Below, piece after piece: positions 53,443-64,000 of a DNA stretch of 64,000 nucleotides. The DNA comes from Octopus vulgaris (taxonomy: Eukaryota). Where the stretch lies: positions 130,386,001 through 130,450,000 of the forward strand of contig OX597819.1 of assembly GCA_951406725.2 (NCBI GenBank). Direction: 5' to 3'. A program made the translations under genes and the position numbers. Position 1 is the stretch's first letter. Every line of letters begins with the position of its first letter. The notes below the pieces were generated by a model. It did no database searches. It saw only the letters and a program-made list of their open reading frames with translations, and was not told where the DNA came from.

Positions 53443-53890
53443 GCGGCGACCTGGCAGAAACGTTAGCACGCCGGGCGAAATGTTTTGCGGTATTTCGTCT
53501 GCCGTTACGTTGTGAGTTCAAATTCCGCCGAGGTTGACTTTGCCTTTCATCCTTTCGGGGTCGATAAATTAAGTACCAGTTACGCACTGGAGTCGATGTA
53601 ATCGACTTAATACCTATGTCTGTCCTTGTTTGTCCCCTCTGTGTTTAGCCCCTTGTGGATAGTAAAGAAATAGGTATTTCGTCTGCCGCTATGTTCTGAG
53701 TTCAAATTCCGCCGAGGCCGACTTTGCCTTTCATCCTTTCGGGGTCGATAAATTAAGGACCAGTTACGCACTGGGATCGATATAATCTACATAATCCGTG
53801 TGTCTGTTCTTGATTGTCCACTCTGTGCCCCTTGTGGGTAGTAAAGAAATAGGTATTTGGTCCGCCTTTATGTTCTGAGTTCAAAGTCCT
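53443..53890 (+). mobile_element. Tandem SINE family A array (one full copy plus ~180 bp headless units)
   Basis: The tail aagaaataggta runs straight into the internal tttcgtctgccg at ~53675 and again at ~53855. Confidence 0.9.
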
Positions 53891-54422
53891 ACTACCCAAG
53901 CACGTCATTCACAGCCCATTGTGCTTTCACATATATCATCTAGGAGGAGAATTTTCTCTCGAAACTATTTCCGCAGCTAAAGGCCTTTCACCCTTTCGAG
54001 GTCGATAAAATAGGTACCGTTTGAGCGATGTAATTGACTGGCCTTGAGCAGTGATTAAATTCGATAATCAATGACCGTATTCAAATCCTGCCAACCAGCT
54101 TCATGGTTGCACTTTATCCTACCTTTGATCTGCCGGAAATATTTACTATATTCTGTTCAGTAGACTACAACTGCTCCAACACGTCATGTATGAAAGTACA
54201 AATCGCACCCTACTATGGAAATGTTTACCAAGTCAAAGGGGTCACGTCTACCTTTTCCCCCCTCTTTGTTATATTTCCCTCTCTCTTGAATCTGTGTTTT
54301 TACATGTTCAAATTATTTTCTGTATATATTTCTTATATCTTAGTTTATTTAATTATTTATTTATTGTTGTATTCGCCTTGTTAATTATTAATTTTTCAAT
54401 TTTGAATTTTTCAGCGTCTAAA

Positions 54423-54638
54423 TCTCTCTATATATAAACGGCAGTTTGTCTGTGCGTGTTTCTGTGTGTCTGTTTGCTTGACATGGGGTCGAGAATCAGA
54501 AACACGAACCACAAATCTCAAAAAAAAATTTAACATCATTTTTTTCCATTTTTTTGCTATTTTTTGGCTATAACTCTCTAAAAATGCTTTATAGTTATTT
54601 CCCTTACAAACCTGAGCAACGCCGGGCGATACTGCTAG
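54423..54638 (+). mobile_element. Non-autonomous Helitron H4 (deleted derivative of the H6 type)
   Basis: TC start tctctctatatataaacggcagtttgtctgtgcg, hairpin and CTAG end. Confidence 0.85.
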
Positions 54639-55007
54639 TCTTTATATATATAAAAGTGAGGCTGTGTGTCTGTCTGTCTCCTACGATTTAGATTCCTAAC
54701 TACTCCCACACTTTGCGGTGCAGTTTAACCAAAACCGGGTATCTTATAGTCGTGATTCATATCGAGCCCTTCTGGGTATTAGCGCGCGTCTACGATGAGT
54801 CTACGATTTAAAAAAAAATTTACCATCAATTTTTCCCATTAAAATGCATTTTTGGCATATATAAGGGAAGTAACTCTCTAAAAATTTATTATTAAATCTC
54901 AGAACGTGGTTAGCCATATTGAGATGGCTATTATACTTTACATCTCTAAAAATGCTTATATAGTTATTTCCCTTACAAACCCGATCAACGCCGGGCGATA
55001 CTGCTAG
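54639..55007 (+). mobile_element. Non-autonomous Helitron H5, head-to-tail with H4
   Basis: Junction ...actgCTAG|TCtttatatatataaaagtgagg; ends cgccgggcgatactgCTAG|t. Confidence 0.9.
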
Positions 55008-55069
55008 TATTTATATATATATATATTAGCCGCCGCCATGATTGACTGCTAGCTCCAAAGTTTTATTTT

Positions 55070-55119
<50 letters not shown>

Positions 55120-55123
<4 letters not shown>

Positions 55124-55260
55124 ATTTCTCGCGTTCCTTTCCGTTGAATAGCGTAGGCTCGAAACGTAAATGACTTCCTCACGTTCTCGAGCATTAAACT
55201 AATACACCTGTTTGTTGTTTACCCACCTGTTTTTGTCTTTTGTTTTTCTGTAAATTTCAA
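55120..55260 (+). mobile_element. PLE-terminus-like repeat with hammerhead-like motif (copy 2)
   Basis: ccgttgaa-tagc-gtag-gctc-gaaacg at 55141. Homologous to 9770-9930; ends at a TA tract. Confidence 0.55.
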
Positions 55261-55426
55261 GTATATATATATGACACTGATGTGAAATCTTGAAATCAAT
55301 TGATATATAATTGAACCGTTTCATGAATCTGTTTCATAATAATGTGTATCTAATCAATATCGACCGCTACAACTGGTGACCCTCGACTTCAACTAAAAAC
55401 ATTATCGTTACAAAAATAAATGCCGT

Positions 55427-55468
<42 letters not shown>

Positions 55469-55476
55469 CATACATA

Positions 55477-55548
<72 letters not shown>

Positions 55549-55711
55549 TATGTATGTATGTATGTATGTATGTATATATATATATATATACTATGTATAT
55601 TTGTGTATGCATGTATGTATATATATATATATATATATATTATGTATATTTATGTATGTATGTATATATATATATATATTATGTATATTTATGTATGCAT
55701 GTATATATATA

Positions 55712-55757
<46 letters not shown>

Positions 55758-56784
55758 AAAAGACATACGCTTGGACACACACCTATGTATAAGAATTAAG
55801 TTTTTGGAAACATACAAAAATGTATTAACATTAAAGAAAGATTATTTGAATGTAATGATGGTATCGTCCCTTGTTTTAATTGTATAGAGGCACAGAAAGG
55901 TCTTCGGATTTTCCTAAGGAAATCAAATGAGATAATGCTTAACACTTTGCGTTTTCTTTCATGCCCTTCATGTCTCCATTTCTAAAAAATCTCTCCATTT
56001 CTAAATAATATACGGACATGCCTCAACTCGGTCGTTTTGAATTACGCCTTTTTCAACTTTATATCGTTTGTTTTACTCAGAATTAAAGAAAAAATAACCC
56101 TCAGTTTCTGCCTGTTAATCCAACTTTGCTCTAAGCGAACATATTTAAAGCATAAGAAATTTAAGAACACCTTAAAACCAACACGATACTGACGTGGAAA
56201 ATTTAATAAAATTCATATGAAAATACAAACCATTTATGAAAACTTAATATATGTTAAAATTGTTTTTAAAATATTTTCCGTGTTACGTCGTTTTTCAATG
56301 AATCCCATATCTTGAAACCAGTTACGGATTTAAGATTAGGAATGCTTGTGTATTGATTCATCTCTTAAGCAGTTGTAGAAAGGAAATATCTAGAATTTCT
56401 CTTAACACTCGTTTTAAGTTAGAATCACAGTACAATCTATCCGATGGGATATTTCTTCACAGTTTCCGTTTTCCGGAATGACTTTCACAAGGAATGGGCC
56501 GACCCGAAGCTGACGGAAACGGCAACTGCACGAGAGGACATGCAGTGTGAAGAAACACGGATCTTCGTTTCTTAATGACCCAACCATATTGCGCCTGTAT
56601 ATGCGTGTGCGAATGTGCGAGTGTATATACATACATACATGTCTTTCATATGTCTGTGTGTGTGATTTATGCATATGTGTATATGTATACACACACACAC
56701 ATATATATATATACATATATATACACATACACACACATATAAATATATATGTATATACATTAGATACAAATACAGATATATACG

Positions 56785-56885
<101 letters not shown>

Positions 56886-57086
56886 GTAAGTGCATACATA
56901 CGTATATATTTACAGATATATAAATGTGTCTTTATGACATTTTGTAAAGCAATAATTTAATAATAATTGCTCCAGTAATAAGCGACATTGACACGATAAT
57001 TCGGCAAAAATGTTCCCACCACATTTCGGCTTAATGTTCTAATTTATCAACAATATATATACATACATACATACATACATACATAC

Positions 57087-57173
<87 letters not shown>

Positions 57174-57593
57174 CTTATCGTCCTATTTTCCTTTTTATTT
57201 CTTTAATTTCCTCTGTTTATTTATCTATTTGTTTATTTTAGGGCTGTTTCAACACTGTGTCATGGATTCATTAGTACGTACATATACATTCGTGCATAAA
57301 CACATACTTACATAGGCAGAAGCACTCACGCACAACTACACGCATAGACACACATGCTTGCGTTGATCGTGATTGTTGATGCAAGGAAACCCTTTTACTC
57401 CCAATGACTGCAAAATACTTCAGCAAAAGCCCAGACAAAAGTTCATGTTTTGTGCTTATTTTAAAAATTATTTACCCCTCGTATTGACTACTAATCGAAG
57501 CTGTCTATAAAGTCACATAGCATTCAAAAGTATTCTTTAGATTAAAAACCGAACAAGGAGGTTGACAGTTCTCGTATTGAACAAGTAGTTTAA

Positions 57594-57814
57594 CCCTTTC
57601 GTTACCAACCCGGCTGAAACCAGCTCTGGCTCTAAGTACAAATATCTTGTTTTTGTAAGTTTTGAATAAAAATCTTCCACCAAACCTTAGTCACAATTTA
57701 TGTCTCTAACACTAGCTTAATGATAACTAAGTTATTTTACTAAATTCTTTGGTATATTTCTAATTAATTGAAAGAAACACAGAACATGACAAAATAAATG
57801 CAGTAACGAAAAGG
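57594..57814. mobile_element. piggyBac-type MITE
   Basis: TTAA TSDs at 57590 and 57815; TIRs ccctttcgttac / gtaacgaaaagg. Confidence 0.85.
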
Positions 57815-57927
57815 TTAACAGCTCTCACAGAACTGTTGCACATTTTCAGTTGATCATTGGGAATTTCGACTCACTTGTATAATTCATTATTTAAAATTCG
57901 TTTTGTGTTGGCATTTCGATACGATAT

Positions 57928-58161
57928 CTATTTCTTTACTACCTACAAGGGGTTAAACATAGAGGGGACAAATAGGGACAGATAAACGAATTAAGTCGAT
58001 TATATGGACCCCAGTGCGTAACTGGTACTTATTTAATCGACCCCGAAAGGATGAAAGGCAAAGTTGACCTCGGCGGAATTTGAACTCAGGACGTAACGGC
58101 AGATGAAATACGGCTACGCATTTCGCCCGGCGTGCTAACGTTTCTGCCAGCTCGCCGCCTT
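57928..58161 (-). mobile_element. SINE family A, full length
   Basis: Exact 16-bp TSD tttcgatacgatatct at 57914 and 58162. Confidence 0.93.
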
Positions 58162-58269
58162 TTTCGATACGATATCTTCAGTGAGATCGGAAGTTAATTT
58201 GCATGCACAGCATGAGAGATGACTGAGCAAATTTAGGCATCAGGGCACATGTTTTAGAAACTATAGCTG

Positions 58270-58640
58270 TGTCCATGTTGCAATTCCTACTGACAACTGA
58301 ATATAATATTCTTCCATCACTATCCAATATTATACAGACAAGTGGAAATGAAATGGTTGATTATCATCGATGAGGCCAATCATCGTTAGTGCATGTTCTA
58401 CCGCATGCATTTCATTTCTTTCAGAATATATACGGAGGCATAACCAAGTCATGAATATCTTTGTTGATGCACTAAAGGAACAATACAGTACTGTAAATGC
58501 AAAGACGATCCGCAACAAGTTGCAGTGCGTTGTTACTCGTAATGTGAGCCGAGAAAAGGGCAACGCAAATATGTAAACAAAAGAAATCGAACAGCCAACC
58601 TTTTGAATCGTGCTTACGATTGGATGAATGCTGCCATTAA
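58270..58640 (+). mobile_element. Hero/NeSL-like REL retrotransposon remnant
   Basis: LQFLLTTEYNILPSLSN, IIVSACSTA...YIRRHNQVMNIF (RHN motif after the zinc knuckle) and LLNRAYDW. Confidence 0.55.
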
Positions 58641-58740
58641 ATTTAGCAGAAGAGCTAACATCTCCAAACCAAACTACAATGACGAAGCAACGCTCTGGAC
58701 CATGCGTACTGAATGTATGCAGAAAAGCAGTTGTCTTGAT

Positions 58741-59016
58741 TTAAATTGTAGCTGTGATCCCTGTGCCGGTGGCACGTAAAAAGCACCATCCGAACGTGGC
58801 CGATGCCAGCGCCGCCTTGACTGGCTTCTGTGCCGGTGGCACGTAAAAAGCACTCACTACACTCACGGAGTGGTTGGCGTTAGGAAGGGCATCCAGCTGT
58901 AGAAACACTGCCAGATCAGACTGAAGCTTGGTGCAGCCTTCCAGCTTCCCAGACCCCAGTTGAACCATCCAACCCATGCTAGCATGGAAAACGGACGTTA
59001 AACGATGATGATGATG
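58741..59016 (+). mobile_element. Retroposon 3' portion with RTE-like tail and (GAT)n end
   Basis: Duplicated ctgtgccggtggcacgtaaaaagcac, then ggttggcgttaggaagggcatccagc and ccaacccatgctagcatggaaaacggacgttaaacgatgatgatg. Confidence 0.75.
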
Positions 59017-59619
59017 TACAGTCATTGTATTTTGGTACTATTAAGGGATGCATGTTGTTATGTCGCCATCGGAGGATGTTATCAAAGACAGTTCATAGAA
59101 AAGATTGGGTGTGGATGGCACCTGTGCGTGCAATATTAAGTAGAGAGGGGGTTTAACCATTAAAACAACTGAGTCATGATTAACTGTGACTAAAATTATG
59201 TACAGAAGGAAAAGCCAGGTAATCATATCGGAATCTTGGATTATTGCGGATTAGAGAGAGTATAACCAGGGAGTGTAACCGCCAATACACGCAGTCATCG
59301 TGAAATGACAAGAAACCTTCTATTCAGCGGATAAGAGATTGTGGGGACGTAGTTGAAGAGCGAAGCACGAAAGAAGTCGTTAATATCAAGAATTGAGAAA
59401 GCGATGTGCAAAAGGTACCCTTTGTGTTAGAAATGGCAAGGTAAGAACTGACCTGTTTATTAGAAGGCATCGAATAGTAGAAGAGACTGCTGAAGAACTT
59501 GTTGGAATGGAAAAGATTTTGCTCCTAATTAACAGTGGATGTGTGGTTCCGCATACATATATATTCACACGCGCACACACGAACACACATACATATACAC
59601 ACCCACATATGTGTATATG

Positions 59620-59800
59620 TGCTCAGGGGCTCATTGCCTTCAGCTGAAGCCCTTATCCCAATTGGTTTCGAGGAGTATCGGAGAGGATTGGGCGAAACTA
59701 CGTGGACATCCTTTTCCTGCTCGTTATGTTTTGACGCATGTTCTCGTTTCTCATTTTGTCTACGTTTTTATGATGTCCTGTACCCATATATGCATATGTA
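59620..59800 (+). mobile_element. PLE-terminus-like repeat with hammerhead-like motif
   Basis: cagctgaa-gccc-ttatcc...ggatt-gggc-gaaac. The end ttttatgatgtcctgtacccatatatgcat is shared with 60455-60480 and, inverted, with 60721-60750. Confidence 0.55.
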
Positions 59801-59949
59801 GGTACATACATATATGTATATATGCATATATTTATATATTATGTATATTATTATATGATCGAATGCCACGCATCATTTTCCAAGTAAGTTTTATCTTAAT
59901 AATTACGACACGCACTCTTATTCTATCTCTTTTCTGTCTATCGCCCTCT

Positions 59950-60563
59950 CATGTTCTTCTTCCTTTCTGTTCTTTCTCCCATCCTTTCTCTATTCTTCTC
60001 CTCTCCCCTTCACCATTCCCCCTCTCACTCTTCCTCTTTGACTCTCTCGCTGCACACGTGACCAACGGCCATCCATCTTTCTTTCTTCCACTTCCTTCGT
60101 AAAGACAAGCTCGTTTTTCCAGCGTTCGGCACTTCACATCGTCTCGACTTAACAACCCTCACCGTTTGTTTTTTTCTGTTTTGTTCTCACTGTCCTGTTT
60201 TAGTTACCACTTTCACCTTCCGCAAAAAATCCCAAATTTGATTTAATTTGTTTGCGGAAAGCACTGTTTTAACGAAGTCGTGTCTTGTTTTTACCTTCGG
60301 AACGCGGCATAGATAAAACAGGGGACAACTGATGACGGGATTGTTCTTTATGTTGCCTGTCTCGTTTCTCTGTTTGTTTTTTTCGTTGTTCGAAAAAGTT
60401 CGTTTTCTGTGTTTTTGTTTTTTTTGTTCTTGTTTTTCATTTTGTCTACATTTTTTTATGTCCTGTACCCATATATGCATGTATATATACATGTATATGT
60501 ATGTATGTACATACATGTATGTATATATGCATAGATTTATATATTATTTATATTATATTATAC

Positions 60564-60594
<31 letters not shown>

Positions 60595-60659
60595 ATAATA
60601 AAACAATATGTATATATATGTATATATATATATATATACAAACATATATATGCATACAC

Positions 60660-60724
<65 letters not shown>

Positions 60725-61255
60725 TATATGGGTAAAGGACGTCATAAAACGTAAACAACATGAAATACGAAATACGAAATACGAAACCATGGAATACGAA
60801 CTTTTTTGCGAACAACGAAACAAAGAGAAAACATAACGACCCTTCATCAGTTGTCTGCTGTTTTATCTACTCCACATTTCGAGCAATTACGACAAGATGT
60901 CTTCTAGAAAACATTTGCTCCCACAAAGCAAAATAAAAATTTGGGATTTGCGGAGGGTCAAAGTTGGTAACAAAAACAGGACAGTGAAAACAAACAGTAA
61001 GAGCTGCTAAGCCATAACGAGGTAAAGTGGCGAGCGCTGGAGGAACAAGCTTTGACAAGGGAAAAGATATGAGAGGTCACAGGCAAGAATGCATGTGATC
61101 TGTGGCAGATTAAAAGAAAAGAAAGAAGCTCAAATTAGGAAAAGAAAGGTGGCCGATGGTCACGTGTGAGCAACGAGAGAGTAAAGGATGAAGAGTGAGA
61201 AAGAGAGCGGGACAGATAGAGAACGGTGAAGAGGAGAGGAAAAGAATTAGAGAAA
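59950..61255. repeat. Diverged ~530 bp inverted repeat around a (TA)n core
   Basis: Matching pairs cacacgtgaccaacggcca / tggccgatggtcacgtgtg, cactgtcctgtttt / aaaacaggacagtg, tagataaaacag..gacaactgatga / tcatcagttgtc..ctgttttatcta. Confidence 0.85.
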
Positions 61256-61299
<44 letters not shown>

Positions 61300-62035
61300 T
61301 CTTCTACTATAGCTTCGTGCTGATCAAAAGCTTGTGAGTGGATTTGGTAGACGGAAACTGAAAGAAACTCGTTGTGTGTGTGGGGGGGTGTTTGTGGAGG
61401 GGGCGTGTGTGTGTGTGTGTGTATCCGCCATCACTTATCTAATTACTATGCTGACATATGATCGAGTGTAGCAATGGTGGTGGTGGTGGTGGCGTCGCCG
61501 GCGGCGGTGGCGGCAACGGCGGTGGCGGCGGCAGCAACGTTGACGACGTTGGCGGGGGTAATTGGTCATGATGGTCACCGTGGTTCTTATTCAGTTCTCC
61601 GCTTCCCCAACCAAGTCGTCCCAAATTAAGGACACACATGATAAAAAGTGTTCTCACGAACATTGTGTATCTAGAAATACTTTATCCAGTATGTGTCCCT
61701 TCTTTTACAAGATGCTAGGGTGGGACGTGAGGAGGATTTGACTTCTATTTCTAGCAAATCTAGATACTGCCTCTGTAGAGACTCCGTCATTGGCTCCGGT
61801 AAAGCGAAGCTTGTTTCGTGTGGATGTCATGCCATGGTAACGAAAGAAAATTGATGCATTTAATTAGTTTTATAATTGGCTTGGTTTAGAAAATTATTAT
61901 TTAGTTATTTATTGCAATTTGTGCTTAATTAATAGCGTTATTGGTATTTTGTTATATAATCACCTCTCCATGTGTGTATGTGTGTTGTTTGTCTTGTGTA
62001 GGCGTGTATATATATCTGTGTGTGTTTATATATGA

Positions 62036-62420
62036 CTAGCAGTATCGCCCGGCGTTGCTCAGGTTTGTAAGGGAAATAACTATAAAGCATTTTTAGAGAG
62101 TTATAGCCAAAAAAATAACAAAAAAATGGAAAAAAATTATGGTAAATTTTTCTTTTTAGTTAAAAAAGGTGGAGTTGCGTCCCCTAGACAGTTTGCGGTT
62201 TGTGTTTCTGATTCTCGACCCCATGTCGAATTTATCGATTTTTTTCAGAACTGGGGGAACTTTTCAAAATATTCGCTGCGTTAGTTTTGAATTATGACAT
62301 TGGGCTATGTGTGTGTCAAGTTTCATCAGAATCGGTTGAAAGCCGTGGTCAGAGTGAGGGTACGAGAAAACAGACACACAGAAATACGCACAGACAAACT
62401 GCCGTTTATATAGAGAGAGA
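62036..62420 (-). mobile_element. Non-autonomous Helitron H6
   Basis: Minus-strand TC start as in H4, same hairpin and CTAG end as H2/H4/H5, A|T target. Confidence 0.88.
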
Positions 62421-62674
62421 TTGTGCGTACATGATTGTGTCTTGTGCAAATTGATATAATGCATGCACGTGTTTTCAAGTCGTATGCAGGAGATAAAACA
62501 CATATGCATCGGATTATGCATGTATGTCTAAGAATTTACATGCATTTCTTTTATGCATGGGTATATGGGCATATCTAAAGCATTGTATGTTCGCTTACAT
62601 GTGTAAGAGCATATGTGTGTGTGTGTGTGTGTGCTTATATATGTGTGTGTGCATTTATATATATAATACGTATG

Positions 62675-62707
<33 letters not shown>

Positions 62708-62724
62708 ATATACATACATGGTTA

Positions 62725-63125
62725 TATACTCTTTTACTCTTTTACTTGTTTCAGTCGTTTGACTGCGGCCATGCTGGAGCACCGCCTTTAGTCGAGTAAA
62801 TCGACCCCGGGACTTATTCTTTGTAAGCCCAGTGCTTATTCTATCGGTCTCTTTTGCCGAACCGCTAAGTGACGGGGACGTAAACACACCAGCATCGGTT
62901 GTCAAGCAATGCTACACAAACATATACACACATACATACATATATATATATATACATATATACGACAGGCTTCTTTCAGTTTCCGTCTACCAAATCCACT
63001 CACAAGGCATTGGTCGGCCCGGGGCTATAGCAGAAGACACTTGCCCAAGATGCCATGCAGTGGGACTGAACCCGGAACCATGTGGTTGGTAAACAAGCTA
63101 CTTACCACACAGCCACTCCTGCGCC
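62725..63125 (-). mobile_element. SINE family B
   Basis: Full-length reverse-complement match. Confidence 0.92.
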
Positions 63126-63139
63126 TATATATATATTTT

Positions 63140-63533
63140 TCCTTTGTACTTTTATTTGTTTCAGTCATTTGATTGCGGCCATGCTGAAGCACCGCCTTTA
63201 GTCGAGCATATCGACCCCGGGACTTATTCTTTGTAAGCCTTGTACTTACTCTATCGGTATCTTTTGCCGAACCGCTAAGATACGGGGGCGTAAATACACC
63301 AACATCAGTTGTCAAGCGATTGTGGAGAACGAACACAGACACACACACACACACATATATATATATACACGACAGGCTTCTCTCAGTTTCCATCTACCAA
63401 ATCCACTCACAAAGCTTTGGTCGTCCCAAGGCTATAGTAGAAGACACTTGCCCTAAGTGCCACGCAGTGGGACTGAACCCGAAACCATAAGGTTAGTAAG
63501 CAAGCTACTTACCACATAGCCACTCCTGCGCCT
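63140..63533 (-). mobile_element. SINE family B, tandem to the previous copy
   Basis: Full-length reverse-complement match. Confidence 0.92.
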
Positions 63534-63541
63534 ATATACAT

Positions 63542-63576
<35 letters not shown>

Positions 63577-64000
63577 GATATAGATATATAGGTAAACAGT
63601 AAAAATAATTACAGACATGGACAAGAACATGAAACGCCACAGAGACGACACAAGAACCACAGGACGGGACATTCGAAGCCCTCAGTCATCAGTCAAGAAC
63701 CAGATCATCTTAGCAATTTCGGCTGATTAATCTTGAGATTGCTCCGATATGGGCAGCCCGCCAAGGGAAATCTAAGCCAAGTGCATTAGATCCCCTGGAA
63801 GAAAGCTTCGAATGTATACAACACGAGGACGGAAAACGAACGAAGTACACGAACAAAAATACAGAATACGTGACAACAATAAGAATACAAAAACGTAGAG
63901 AGATAATACTTACTTGGAAAATGATGCGTGGCGTTCGACCACATAATAATATAAATAATATGTAAATATATGCAAATATACAGGGGGGGGAATAAATATT

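Noticed and set aside
63670-63740. Minus-strand cagccgaaa...ctgatga as a type II hammerhead
   Set aside because: Stems II and III do not pair properly. Probably part of an unclassified repeat terminus.
63981-64000. TA-cagggggggg as the start of a Tc1/mariner TIR
   Set aside because: It is cut by the window edge, so no partner TIR can be checked.

Overview
Eukaryotic (animal) repeat-rich intronic or intergenic DNA. The repeat landscape suggests an Octopus/coleoid cephalopod genome, but this is inferred from pattern recall, not a search. I found no intact host protein-coding gene, rRNA, CRISPR array or prokaryotic system. Almost all ORFs in the track are translations of (TA)n, (CA)n, (TATG)n, (AAT)n, (CAT)n or CT-rich simple repeats. 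The recognisable content is: three or more tRNA-derived SINE families with many copies, several with clear TSDs; two mariner (DD34D) copies sharing one internal deletion; a deleted maT/DD37D-like element; six non-autonomous Helitrons; a piggyBac MITE; Penelope-like (PLE) RT and GIY-YIG remnants with hammerhead-ribozyme-like motifs; RTE and CR1/L2 ends; and several restriction-like-endonuclease (REL) non-LTR retrotransposon remnants. The best leads are (i) an REL retrotransposon family that appears to sit, in fixed orientation, in (CATA)n microsatellites, alongside Dong-like copies in (TAA)n; (ii) hammerhead-like PLE termini, including a shared non-canonical core and a long inverted pair; and (iii) extensive module swapping among SINEs and among Helitrons. 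Boundaries of degenerate elements are approximate.
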